Counted from the first letter of the stretch, positions 17,616-27,325 are shown. The stretch: 32,000 bases of DNA from Cylindrospermopsis raciborskii Cr2010 (GCF_003367075.2 NZ_CP065936.1:2820001-2852000); one strand, 5' to 3'. Notes: generated by a model not told the origin, from the letters alone. Translations and numbers: made by a program.

Positions 17616-18959
17616 CTAGAAACTATAACTAAAGTCCTCAACCAACATTCCGGGTACTAAACTACCACCCAATTGACGTTTGGTGTATGTACCTACTTCG
17701 GGGATTAGATCTTGAAAGTTGGTAAAATCAACTAATTTTTCTCCCCAAAAGTCATACAAACTTTCATCGAAACGTAGATTTTCTATGGGGGCGACCATCT
17801 CTCCATTTTCTACCCAAAAACAAGCATACCTGGTCATTCCGGTGATTCTACCAGTTTGACGGTTGCTCCAGTTTAAATAATGTAAATTGGAAACATATAA
17901 CCCAGTTCCTAAACTGGCCAGAATATCTCCAAAATCCAAGTTGCCTATCTTGATTTCGGGGGAGCGTAATGTTTCTGAACTGTTTGCAGCATTGCTGACT
18001 TTATTATATTCCTTAGCAGTGCGGGAATTGACCAAACTATTGACTAAACCCCCATTTTCGATTAGGGTTAATTCCTGTGGTGATATTTCTCCTAAACTGT
18101 TAAATCTGGGGGTCAAACCAGCGCTAAAGTTCTCCTTTAAATTAAACTTGGGTGAAAGCTGTTTTTCACCTCTTGACAATGGTGCTAAAGCACTATTACC
18201 CTGCTGTATAGAAGATTCACTAATAGCACCCCAAGATAACATATCCAATAGTTCAGCTACCGCACCAGGAGCAAAGTAGGTTCTATATTTACCCCTGGGC
18301 AGTTTCCTAGGTTCACGGGATAATAAAGACAATTGTTTTTTGCCATCCGCGATTTTATCAATGTATGCTGATTGTTTCCATTCTCTCCCAGCAAAGGTGG
18401 CTTTGACTGCTTTTTTCGGTGCAATAATTAAAGAATAATCTAAATTAAAAGAATTGGTAACAAACCAATGGCTTTTTCCTCTAGAATCTCCATATCCCCT
18501 TATAATGATACCCCCAGCATACATACCAGTAAAATCTAAATTTTCTAGGGATGTTAAAATGCTATCGGGCACTTTTTCTGGTGCTAATAATTCACCTCTA
18601 TGTATTTCCCTAATGCTTCCCTCTCCCCCTGGTAAAACTATGTAGGGATCTACTGGTAACATGGAGATTTCTTCCCTTAGTTCTTCTAAATTTTGACATG
18701 CAACTTCCCGATCTATCTCCCAATTACCAGTGAAGGGAAAATGACAAAAACTACTGCGATGATCAGCCATTAAAGTTAAATGCACAGAACCATCATACAC
18801 TACTCCCGTTTGTCTAAGTTTTCCCTGATTAAACCGGGTAAACTGACTCCTTTCACTGCTAAGATTAAGTGTAAAATCTTCCTGATCTGATTTTTTGCTT
18901 AACAGCATTTCCCTAAGATTATGAAAGTTTTTTTCTAATTTGAAACCATCTACTTCCAT
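17616..18959 (-). CDS. pmbA: TldD/PmbA-family protein, PmbA (TldE)-like subunit
   Basis: Family-typical C-terminus GTGLYVSNLHYLNWSNRQTGRITGMTRYACFWVENGE and no HExxxH motif. The ATG at 18959 lies 1 nt after the tldD stop; the track start at 18974 is a TTG. Confidence 0.8.
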   Translation of the reverse strand: MEVDGFKLEKNFHNLREMLLSKKSDQEDFTLNLSSERSQFTRFNQGKLRQTGVVYDGSVHLTLMADHRSSFCHFPFTGNWEIDREVACQNLEELREEISMLPVDPYIVLPGGEGSIREIHRGELLAPEKVPDSILTSLENLDFTGMYAGGIIIRGYGDSRGKSHWFVTNSFNLDYSLIIAPKKAVKATFAGREWKQSAYIDKIADGKKQLSLLSREPRKLPRGKYRTYFAPGAVAELLDMLSWGAISESSIQQGNSALAPLSRGEKQLSPKFNLKENFSAGLTPRFNSLGEISPQELTLIENGGLVNSLVNSRTAKEYNKVSNAANSSETLRSPEIKIGNLDFGDILASLGTGLYVSNLHYLNWSNRQTGRITGMTRYACFWVENGEMVAPIENLRFDESLYDFWGEKLVDFTNFQDLIPEVGTYTKRQLGGSLVPGMLVEDFSYSF

Positions 18960-18960
18960 C

Positions 18961-20397
18961 TTACCCTCCACCAAAAACTTCTATATTTGTAAACACACAA
19001 GGGGGTGAACCATGACCTACCCATATAGCTTGATTTGGCTCTCCCTTCCCACAAAATGGCGTGCCATACATTTGCCAATTCTCAAAATTACCCACCTGGA
19101 CTAAACTATGCCAAAATTGTGGTGTTGTTGCTCTGTAATTGGGATTTCTTAAAGTTTTTGTCAGTTGACCATTTTCAATTAGTTTGGCATATTCACACCC
19201 AAATTGGAACTTATGGCGAAGATCATCTATGGACCAAGAGCGATTGGACTCCATATAAACACCATGTTCTATACCCTCAATCATTTCCCCAAAACTAGTA
19301 TCCCCTGGCTCTAAATTAAGGTTAGCCATTCTATCAATTGGTGGACGATTCCAAGAGCAAGCGCGAGCACAAGCTACTCCTGGTAAACCAGAACGAGCTT
19401 GACTTTCTAAACTGCCCAAACCCCTTTGCAAAATACCATCTTGAATTAGATATTATTTTGTAGCTTTTGCACCAGTATCATCAAATTGATAACTGGCCGA
19501 TTCTCCTTCAACAGTGGGATCAAAGGTAATATTCATTAAAGGTGAGCCATATTGTAATTTGCCAAAATCCTCTGGGTTCACAAAACTACCACCCGCGTAG
19601 TTCCGTTCATCACCTAAAATGCGGTCTATTTCTAAAGGATGTCCCACACTTTCATGAATTTGTAGCATCATTTGATCTGGTGCTAACACCAAATTTGTCT
19701 CTGTATTGGGACATTCTGGAGCATTTAATAATTCTATAGCTTGTTCAGCAACTTGTTGAACCTTATCCCATAATTTATCTTGTTTTAATACTTCCCATCC
19801 GCCTTGATAACAATTGGCGTGCATTCCATGATTACTTCGCTGTTGCACCACCCGACCATCCTGGGCTATTACCCCAAAATGATTGCCTACAGAAGTGATT
19901 TTTTGGTAAATTTCCGAGCCATTGCTACTAACAAACCAGGTCTCTTTTTCACTTGCATTAATGTGGCCACTGGTTTGGACTATTTGATCACTAATTTTTA
20001 GTCCATGACAAATACGGATGAGTAAATCATTTATTTCCCCTGGACTCAGAAAATTTAACGGTTGATCCAGGGGTGTATTATATTCACCAACCATTGCTGG
20101 ACGGGTGTTTTTTTCCAGTGGATATATCCGAAATTTACTAGCTGCAACTGCCTGTTGGTAAGCTATTTGAGCCGCGTGCTTGAGTGACAATGAGGTTAGG
20201 CAATTAGTAGCTGCATAACCGATGCTACCATTAACCATCACTTCTATCATTGCTCCCCTTGTTAAGGATTTACCGTTGCTTCTAGGTAGACCATCTCTCA
20301 CATAGTAGTCTCTAGCAACTTCTTTAACAGCACGAATTCCCATCCAATCAACGGTGGTATCAAACTGATCAATAGCTTGTGTTAATTCTTTCCACAT
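18961..20397 (-). pseudogene. tldD: TldD-family metalloprotease interrupted by one in-frame TAA (19455-19453); track fragments 19453-20397 and 18961-19431
   Basis: The N-fragment carries the catalytic HESVGHPLE motif and the C-fragment carries the GTPFCGKGEPNQ region. Reading through gives ...FDDTGAKATK*YLIQDGILQRGLG..., colinear with the E. coli TldD pattern (as recalled) FDDEG..T...LIENGIL. Both fragments are in the same frame. A sequencing error is also possible. Confidence 0.65.
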
Positions 20398-20428
20398 GTT
20401 ACTAATATCGGTTTAGTTGATTAATGCG

Positions 20429-21895
20429 TTAAAAATCCTGTTCCCTTTGCCAACGAGTCCCCTCTTTGCTGTCTATTAGGGTGATACCCTTTGCTTTTAG
20501 TTCCTCCCTGATGCGGTCAGATTCAGCAAAGTCTTTGGCTTTTCTTGCTTCCTGTCTTTTCTGTACTAGGTTCTCAATTACTTTGTCACTTAAACTTTCA
20601 TCTATGGTTTTTTGCTCCTCTGGTTTAGCTATTAAACCTAAAACACTGGTCAAAGTCACTAGTGTTTGCCATTTTGTCAATAGTTTTGCACAGGGGGTTT
20701 GTGTTTTTCCTTCATGAACAATAATATTCCCTTCTTTCCTCAGTTCTTTGGCTATTTCAAAAATAACTGCTAACCCACCAGGAAAGTTAAAATCATCATC
20801 CACTGTTGTGGTGAATTTCTCAATCTCCACTTGGTCTATATTAGTGTTATCTTTGGCTGATTGCAAATCCCAATCTAATTTTCCACCATGATGATAACCA
20901 AATAATAAACCCTCTTTCAGGGTATGCCAACCATTAGTTGCTGCTAAAATGGCCTCCTCGGTAAAATCTAGGGGTTTGCGATATTGGGCCATGAGGACGA
21001 ATAATCTTAATGCCATGGGGTCAACCCCCCGATCTAATAAATCCCTAATGGTGGTAAAATTCCCTAGGGACTTGGACATTTTCTCCCCATCTACTTTTAC
21101 CATACCATTATGTAACCAATAATTGGCCAGTGGTTTCCCTGTGACTGCTTCTGATTGGGCAATTTCGTTTTCATGATGGGGAAATATTAAATCCGCACCA
21201 CCCGCATGAATATCTATCGTATCTCCTAACCTATCTCTCACCATGGCTGAACATTCTATGTGCCATCCTGGACGACCTTTACCCCAGGGCGACTCCCATG
21301 CTGGTTCACACGGTTTTGCGGCTTTCCACAGGGCAAAATCAAAGGGATCTTTCTTTTTTTGATATTCTGGATCTTCTATATTAACTCTCTCACTCGCACC
21401 CGCTTGTAAATCTGCTAATTTCCTTCCTGAAAGTTTACCATACTCATTAAACTTTCTCACAGCATAATAAACGTCTCCATCAGCAGGATAGGCATAACCT
21501 CTTACTTCTAAGTCTTGAATCAACCTTTTGATGCCATTCATGGTGTGTGTCGCCCGGGGATATTCATCTGCTTCCCTTACCCCTAAGCGCCCCATATCCT
21601 CAAAATAGGCTTGAATATAGCGCTCTGCTACTGTTTCCATGGTGGAGTTTTCTTTTCTAGCACGGTTGAGGATTTTGTCGTCAATATCTGTAAAGTTTTG
21701 GATATAACGTACCCTATAACCAATAAATTCTAAGTAACGCCTTACCACATCCCATACTATACAAGCTCTAGCATGACCCAAGTGACAATAGTCATATACT
21801 GTCACACCACAATAATACATCCTAACCTGACCAGGCTCGACGGGTTTAAATTCCTCTTGACGACGGGTGAGAGTATTGTAAATAGATAGGGTCAT
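20429..21895 (-). CDS. cysS: cysteine--tRNA ligase
   Basis: HIGH-type CHLGHAR, KMSKS, and zinc-site residues. The track start at 21928 is a TTG; the ATG at 21895 gives MTLSIYNTLTRRQEEF, a typical CysRS N-terminus. Confidence 0.95.
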   Translation of the reverse strand: MTLSIYNTLTRRQEEFKPVEPGQVRMYYCGVTVYDYCHLGHARACIVWDVVRRYLEFIGYRVRYIQNFTDIDDKILNRARKENSTMETVAERYIQAYFEDMGRLGVREADEYPRATHTMNGIKRLIQDLEVRGYAYPADGDVYYAVRKFNEYGKLSGRKLADLQAGASERVNIEDPEYQKKKDPFDFALWKAAKPCEPAWESPWGKGRPGWHIECSAMVRDRLGDTIDIHAGGADLIFPHHENEIAQSEAVTGKPLANYWLHNGMVKVDGEKMSKSLGNFTTIRDLLDRGVDPMALRLFVLMAQYRKPLDFTEEAILAATNGWHTLKEGLLFGYHHGGKLDWDLQSAKDNTNIDQVEIEKFTTTVDDDFNFPGGLAVIFEIAKELRKEGNIIVHEGKTQTPCAKLLTKWQTLVTLTSVLGLIAKPEEQKTIDESLSDKVIENLVQKRQEARKAKDFAESDRIREELKAKGITLIDSKEGTRWQREQDF

Positions 21896-22103
21896 AATCG
21901 AGAATTGGGACAATCTGATGATTGGCAATTATAGCCCACCAGGGTTTAAGTTGGTTGGGTAAATGGCAATTTTTCCTGATTTCTGTCAATTTGCCAAAAC
22001 TCTTCCTAGTCTCTAAAATGGTTTGTGGGTAAGCTGCATATAACTGGCTATAATTGGCTATAAGTACGAATCTACCTAAACCCTCATTCTCAAATTGATT
22101 ATT

Positions 22104-23177
22104 ATGACTTCAGCAGTTGCTATTGAATCTCCCAAAATGCCTGTTTCTAAACAGGGTTTACCAGTGACGATTATTACCGGATTTCTGGGAAGTGGTAAGA
22201 CTACCCTACTTAATCATATTTTGACTAATCAACAAGGTGTAAAAACTGCTGTTCTCGTGAATGAATTTGGTGAGATTGGCATTGATAATGAGTTGATCGT
22301 TACTACTGACGATAACATGGTAGAATTGAGCAATGGCTGTATTTGTTGTACTATTAACAATGACTTAGTTGATGCTGTTTACCAGGTCTTAGAACGAGAA
22401 GAAAAAATAGATTATTTGGTGGTGGAAACTACCGGTTTAGCAGATCCTTTGCCTGTGGCTATGACCTTTTTAGGCTCAGAACTAAGAGACCTAACTAGAC
22501 TAGACTCTATTATAACTGTGGTTGACGCTGCAAACTATAGTTTAGATCTATTTAATTCTCAAGCTGCCCACAGTCAAATCGTTTATGGTGATGTAATTTT
22601 GCTGAACAAAGTAGATTTGGTTGACGAAGCAACTTTAACAGTCTTGGAAAGGAAGATTCATGATGTTAAGGAAGGTACCAGAATTATTAGAACTAAAAAT
22701 TCTCAGGTTCCCCTGGCCCTAATTCTCAGTGTGGGCTTATTTGAGTCTGATAAGTATTTTGATACGTCAACTGATAAACATGAGCATCATGATCATTCTA
22801 GTTGTGACCATGACCATCATGAACACGAACATCACCACCATTCTCACCATCTAGAAAATGACGGGTTTGTTTCCATTTCTTTCCAGAGTGATAAACCTTT
22901 TGCCATTCGTAAATTTCAATATTTTTTGGATAACCAATTGCCAACCAATGTATTTCGCGCCAAGGGTATTATGTGGTTTGAGGAGAGTCCCAACCGTCAT
23001 ATTTTTCACCTCTGTGGTAAGCGCTTCACCATTGATGATGATCAATGGCATGGGGAAAAGAAAAATCAGTTGGTTTTAATAGGTCAAAACTTGGATGAAC
23101 GGGAGTTACTACAACAAATAGAACACTGTCTTTGTCTCCCCTTCGTAAATAAGGGTAAAGGTTTCAAGGGGGGCTAA
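22104..23177 (+). CDS. COG0523/CobW-family GTPase metallochaperone with His-rich insert (zinc-homeostasis type)
   Basis: Walker A GFLGSGKTTLLNHIL, metal-binding GCICCT (CxCC), ETTGLADP, NKVDL, and the His/Cys-rich tract HEHHDHSSCDHDHHEHEHHHHSHH. The track start at 22095 is a TTG; I use the ATG at 22104. Confidence 0.9.
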   Translation: MTSAVAIESPKMPVSKQGLPVTIITGFLGSGKTTLLNHILTNQQGVKTAVLVNEFGEIGIDNELIVTTDDNMVELSNGCICCTINNDLVDAVYQVLEREEKIDYLVVETTGLADPLPVAMTFLGSELRDLTRLDSIITVVDAANYSLDLFNSQAAHSQIVYGDVILLNKVDLVDEATLTVLERKIHDVKEGTRIIRTKNSQVPLALILSVGLFESDKYFDTSTDKHEHHDHSSCDHDHHEHEHHHHSHHLENDGFVSISFQSDKPFAIRKFQYFLDNQLPTNVFRAKGIMWFEESPNRHIFHLCGKRFTIDDDQWHGEKKNQLVLIGQNLDERELLQQIEHCLCLPFVNKGKGFKGG

Positions 23178-23251
23178 AAGCGGTTGTGGATAAAATGTCC
23201 CCATGATGGGAAAATATTAAAGATGGGTCACAAAACTTAAAATGATTAATT

Positions 23252-23590
23252 ATGGCAAGCATCCAGTTTTCTAAAGGTACTGATGAGAAAGTAGTTCCAG
23301 ATGTAAGGTTGACCAGATCCCGCAGTGGTGACCAAGGTACAGCAACTTTCACCTTTGTCAACCCCGATATCCTCCAAGAAGGCAATACTGACGGAATCAC
23401 TGGAATGTATATGATTGACGAGGAGGGCGAAATTGTTACCCGCGAGGTAAGAGGGAAATTTGTTAATGGTAAACCAGAAGCTGTGGAAGCGGTGTATTTA
23501 ATCAAAACCTCTCAAGAGTGGGATCGCTTTATGCGTTTTATGAATCGCTACGCTGAAGAAAATGGTTTGGGTTTGAGTAAATCTGAGTAA
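23252..23590 (+). CDS. psb28: photosystem II assembly/reaction-centre protein Psb28
   Basis: 112 aa. [44 protein letters not shown] and [19 protein letters not shown] are near-identical in pattern to known Psb28. Confidence 0.92.
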   Translation: MASIQFSKGTDEKVVPDVRLTRSRSGDQGTATFTFVNPDILQEGNTDGITGMYMIDEEGEIVTREVRGKFVNGKPEAVEAVYLIKTSQEWDRFMRFMNRYAEENGLGLSKSE

Positions 23591-23609
23591 CTACTTCATA
23601 CCTGGAATC

Positions 23610-24113
23610 ATGGAAATACAACCACACCATGACATGACAGCAATTATTGCCAACTGCGCAGTGATTACTGTTAGTGATACCCGTAACATCCAAACAGATC
23701 GCAGTGGTCAACTAATTCAACAACTATTATTGACTGCTAACCATGTTGTTGCTGATTATGTGATCATCCCCGATGATCCTGCAACAATTCAATCCCATCT
23801 CAATTACCTCAGTAATAAAACAGAGATTAATGTTGTGATTTGCAATGGTGGTACGGGTGTTGCTCCTAGGGATACCACCTACGATGCGATCGCCAGTTTG
23901 TTAGAAAAGACCTTACCGGGGTTTGGTGAGCTATTTCGTTGGTTAAGTTATCAAGAAATTGGTTCCCGGGCGATCGCTTCTCGTGCTGTAGCTGGTACAT
24001 ACAGAAACAAACTAGTTTTTTCCTTACCAGGATCTAGTAATGCAGTGCGTTTAGGGATGGAGGCGTTGATATTGCCTGAAATTGCTCATCTTGTCAAGCA
24101 GATGGAACAATAA
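23610..24113 (+). CDS. moaB: MoaB/MogA-family molybdenum cofactor biosynthesis protein
   Basis: 167 aa. Motifs ITVSDTR, NGGTGVAPRDTT and LPGSSNAV, typical of the MoaB/Mog fold. Lies 19 nt after psb28. Confidence 0.8.
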   Translation: MEIQPHHDMTAIIANCAVITVSDTRNIQTDRSGQLIQQLLLTANHVVADYVIIPDDPATIQSHLNYLSNKTEINVVICNGGTGVAPRDTTYDAIASLLEKTLPGFGELFRWLSYQEIGSRAIASRAVAGTYRNKLVFSLPGSSNAVRLGMEALILPEIAHLVKQMEQ

Positions 24114-24123
24114 GCTGGGCGCT

Positions 24124-25803
24124 TCAGGTGCAGTTACCAAAACAATAAATCTGTTGTGTTTGGAGACAGTCTTGAAGGGATGAGGGTTTAACATCAGAAC
24201 TAATAAGCTGGCGATCTAACTTTACCTGTAAATTACTCAAAGGGTCACTACCAGATGAGACTAGAAATTCCAACTTATGGATGTATGGTAGCGCAATGAG
24301 CTGATCCAAAATCTGACCCAGGGCTTGTAGATAGGGATGACCTTTTTGTTGATACCAATTTACATCAGCCACGTTTGGTTGATCAAATCCCAAATGTACA
24401 ATCAGTGATACTTGATCAAACAAAGCAATTCCTAAAGGTCTAGCTTCCTCCTGTAAAAGAAGATGATTACTTTTAGCCAGGTATCGTAATTTTTCCAACC
24501 TTTCATAGCGTTGGGCGATGGATTCTGGTTCATCTCCCCAGTGCAATGCGACAGTGGCCAGATAAGTTTGTAACAACATGTGTCCTAACTTCTTAGCTTT
24601 AGTGGCTAAATAATAGGAATTAAAATCATTGGATTCTATGAGCAAAGGAACGCGGTCAACCACTTCCAACCCATAACCTTTAACTCCAGCAATTTTACGG
24701 GGGTTATTAGTAATCAGACGAATTTTCTTAATTCCCAAATCCATTAAAATTTGCGCTCCCATACCATAATCACGCAAATCCGCTGGAAATCCTAATCTTT
24801 CGTTAGCTTCCACCGTATCCAGTCCCATATCCTGCAAGGAATAGGCTTTCAGTTTATTAATTAAACCTATACCTCTTCCCTCTTGACGCAAATAAACAAC
24901 CACCCCCTGACCAGCATTTTCAATCATTTTTAATGCTGCTTGTAATTGCATCCTACAATCACATCGTAGGGAACCCAGAGCATCCCCAGTCAAACACTCC
25001 GAGTGCATGCGTACCATAATTGGGCGCTCCCCAAATTCTGCGGGGTCTCCCTTGACAATAGCAACATGATCTGTATTATCCAAAGTGTGACGATAACCAT
25101 AAATATCAAATTGCCCAAACTGACTGGGTAGTTTAGTCACTATTTCCCTATAGATGAGGCGATCATTTTGTAGTCGGTAACTAATTAGATCTGCAATGCT
25201 AATAATTTTCAGGTGATGTAGGGTGGCATATTCCATCAACTGTTGTAATCTAGCCATAGACCCGTCAGGATTTTGAATTTCACAAATCACACCAGCGGGA
25301 TATAATCCGGCCAATCTTGCTAAGTCTACAGCAGCTTCTGTATGACCTGCCCGTTTTAACACACCTCCTGCTTTGGCTCGAATGGGGAAAATATGACCTG
25401 GGCGGCGCAAATCCAGGGGTTTGGTGGCTGGATTGAGGGCCACTTGAATTGTACGTGCCCTATCTTCTGCGGAAATACCCGTGGTCACTCCCAAATGGGG
25501 ACCAGCATCAATACTTACGGTAAAGGCAGTTTGGTTAGTATCTGTGATATTGCTAACCATTAATGGTAAATCTAATTCATCCAGGCGATCGCCTGTCATG
25601 GCTAGGCAAATCAACCCTCTTGCTTCTACCGCCATAAAATTAATCATATCCGGGGTAGCGAATTGAGCAGCACAGATTAAATCGCCTTCATTTTCCCGGT
25701 TTTCATCATCTACTACTACAATGGCGCGACCAGACTTGAGATCTGCTAAAGCGGCATTAATAGGGTCAAATTTAAAGGTTTGGTGATTATTGGACTCAGA
25801 CAC
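24124..25803 (-). CDS. ribBA: bifunctional 3,4-dihydroxy-2-butanone-4-phosphate synthase / GTP cyclohydrolase II with extra C-terminal domain
   Basis: DHBPS motif VVDDENRENEGDL. GCHII zinc site HSECLTGDALGSLRCDC, plus EGRGIGL. The canonical end is near KKLGHML (aa ~410), followed by ~148 further residues. GTG start at 25803. Confidence 0.93.
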   Translation of the reverse strand: MSESNNHQTFKFDPINAALADLKSGRAIVVVDDENRENEGDLICAAQFATPDMINFMAVEARGLICLAMTGDRLDELDLPLMVSNITDTNQTAFTVSIDAGPHLGVTTGISAEDRARTIQVALNPATKPLDLRRPGHIFPIRAKAGGVLKRAGHTEAAVDLARLAGLYPAGVICEIQNPDGSMARLQQLMEYATLHHLKIISIADLISYRLQNDRLIYREIVTKLPSQFGQFDIYGYRHTLDNTDHVAIVKGDPAEFGERPIMVRMHSECLTGDALGSLRCDCRMQLQAALKMIENAGQGVVVYLRQEGRGIGLINKLKAYSLQDMGLDTVEANERLGFPADLRDYGMGAQILMDLGIKKIRLITNNPRKIAGVKGYGLEVVDRVPLLIESNDFNSYYLATKAKKLGHMLLQTYLATVALHWGDEPESIAQRYERLEKLRYLAKSNHLLLQEEARPLGIALFDQVSLIVHLGFDQPNVADVNWYQQKGHPYLQALGQILDQLIALPYIHKLEFLVSSGSDPLSNLQVKLDRQLISSDVKPSSLQDCLQTQQIYCFGNCT

Positions 25804-25986
25804 GGCAAATTTCTAGCTACCAAAGTGAATTTTGTAAGACCTTCCAATTTCTAATTGTAGACTATTTGTGGTGAGGTAGTTGGCAATAATTCTAGTTTGG
25901 GTGTTGAGAAGACTCAACCGTAATATTATTAGGTAGTATTATATGACATTACTGATATTACCGAAACTGGATGAGGATTTTACAAA

Positions 25987-27045
25987 ATGAATAATTTTAG
26001 GCGCATACCAGTTGGAATTGTTGGCGCCTCAGGTTACGGGGGAGTGCAACTGGTTAGACTACTGATGGATCATCCACAGATAGAACTGGTATACCTAGGT
26101 GGTGAAAGCAGTGCTGGTAAAACATTTTCTGATTTATACCCTCATGTAGGAAGCATACTCAATCTAAACATTGAAGCGGTAGACACAGAAGTGATTGCTA
26201 GTCGCTGTGAAGTGGTATTTCTTTCCCTACCTAATGGTTTGGCTTGTGACATTGCACCAAAACTTCTAGAAAAAGGTTGTAAAATACTAGACCTAAGTGC
26301 TGATTATCGTTTCACTGATTTGACAACTTATACAACTTGGTATGGTATACAAAGGAGCGATCGCCTGACATCACAGAAAGCGGTGTATGGACTACCGGAA
26401 CTATATAGAGACAAAATTGCCGAATCAAGTTTAGTGGGTTGTCCTGGTTGTTATCCCACGGCGAGTTTATTAGCATTAGCTCCCCTATTGAAACAGGGTT
26501 TAGTTGTGCCAGAAACAGCAATTATTGATGCTAAATCAGGAACCTCCGGTGGTGGTAGACAGGGCAAAATTAATCTCTTGTTAGCAGAAGCAGATAATTC
26601 TCTAGCTGCATACAACATTGCTTGTCATCGTCACACCCCAGAAATTGAGCAAATTTGTAGTGACTTAGCCAGACAGGAGGTGACAGTTCAATTTACCCCC
26701 CATTTAATTCCCATGGTTAGGGGAATTCTCGCCACCGTCTACGCTAACCTAAGAGATCCTGGTCTAGTCAGAGATGATTTAAGAACTATTTACACTGCAT
26801 TTTACCGTAATTCTACTTGGGTTAAAATCTGTGATAGTGGGGTTTATCCGCAAACTAAATGGGCCTGTGGCAGCAACACATGTTATATAGGTATAGAAGT
26901 GGATCGGAGAACTAGTCGTGTAATTGTGACATCAGCCATTGACAACTTAATTAAAGGTCAAGCAGGACAGGCAATTCAATGTATGAACATCATGATGGGA
27001 TGGGACGAGACTGTGGGACTACCCAAGCTAGGGTTTTATCCTTAA
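25987..27045 (+). CDS. argC: N-acetyl-gamma-glutamyl-phosphate reductase
   Basis: N-terminal Rossmann motif [10 protein letters not shown], active-site GCPGCYPTA, and [16 protein letters not shown]. Confidence 0.95.
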   Translation: MNNFRRIPVGIVGASGYGGVQLVRLLMDHPQIELVYLGGESSAGKTFSDLYPHVGSILNLNIEAVDTEVIASRCEVVFLSLPNGLACDIAPKLLEKGCKILDLSADYRFTDLTTYTTWYGIQRSDRLTSQKAVYGLPELYRDKIAESSLVGCPGCYPTASLLALAPLLKQGLVVPETAIIDAKSGTSGGGRQGKINLLLAEADNSLAAYNIACHRHTPEIEQICSDLARQEVTVQFTPHLIPMVRGILATVYANLRDPGLVRDDLRTIYTAFYRNSTWVKICDSGVYPQTKWACGSNTCYIGIEVDRRTSRVIVTSAIDNLIKGQAGQAIQCMNIMMGWDETVGLPKLGFYP

Positions 27046-27066
27046 AAACAACTGGTTGAGAACAAA

Positions 27067-27100
27067 GCGAATGGACTGGCAACATTCCAATTCCATTCGC
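27067..27100. terminator. stem-loop between convergent argC and the small basic protein gene (possible bidirectional terminator)
   Basis: GCGAATGGA (27067-27075) pairs perfectly with TCCATTCGC (27092-27100), with an inner TGG/CCA pairing. A T-rich run follows on the minus strand (TTTGTTCTC); only a weak CTTATT follows on the plus strand. Confidence 0.4.
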
Positions 27101-27154
27101 CTTATTGAGTCAAGTCCGAATTTATGCACAGGAGAGTTAAATCAAACAGATAAT

Positions 27155-27325
27155 TTAATCAGCTGCATCCATTGCTGCTGCTACTGTTTCATCATCTTCA
27201 CCCTTAGATGGTCTTTGTTGGAACCTTCTTTGCATTTTTCCTGTAGTAGTCCGTTTACGAAACTTTCTGGCATAAGCCTGGTTCCGTAGCGCCTTTTCTT
27301 TTTTGGGGTTACGGCGCTTGGCCAT
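27155..27325 (-). CDS. small highly basic protein (56 aa) with acidic tail, unknown function
   Basis: The ATG at 27325 is preceded by GAGGTG. Sequence: MAKRRNPKKEKALRNQAYARKFRKRTTTGKMQRRFQQRPSKGEDDETVAAAMDAAD. The track start at 27361 is a GTG and adds an unlikely hydrophobic leader. Confidence 0.5.
   Translation of the reverse strand: MAKRRNPKKEKALRNQAYARKFRKRTTTGKMQRRFQQRPSKGEDDETVAAAMDAAD

Noticed and set aside
22096-22107. Possible Zur/Fur box TGATTATTATGA overlapping the COG0523 start codon.
   Set aside because: It matches the AT-rich Fur-family palindrome at only about 9 of 14 informative positions by eye, and AT-rich sequence is common here. This is not enough to call an operator.
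22756-22850. Repetitive CAT/CAC-rich DNA that looks like a simple-sequence repeat.
   Set aside because: It is the in-frame coding sequence for the His-rich tract of the COG0523 protein (HEHHDHSSCDHDHHEHEHHHHSHH), not an independent repeat element.
23164-23505. 113-aa minus-strand ORF covering the cobW-psb28 spacer and most of psb28.
   Set aside because: It is antisense to an unmistakable psb28, has no motifs, and its Ser/Pro/Thr-rich translation is typical of a shadow frame.
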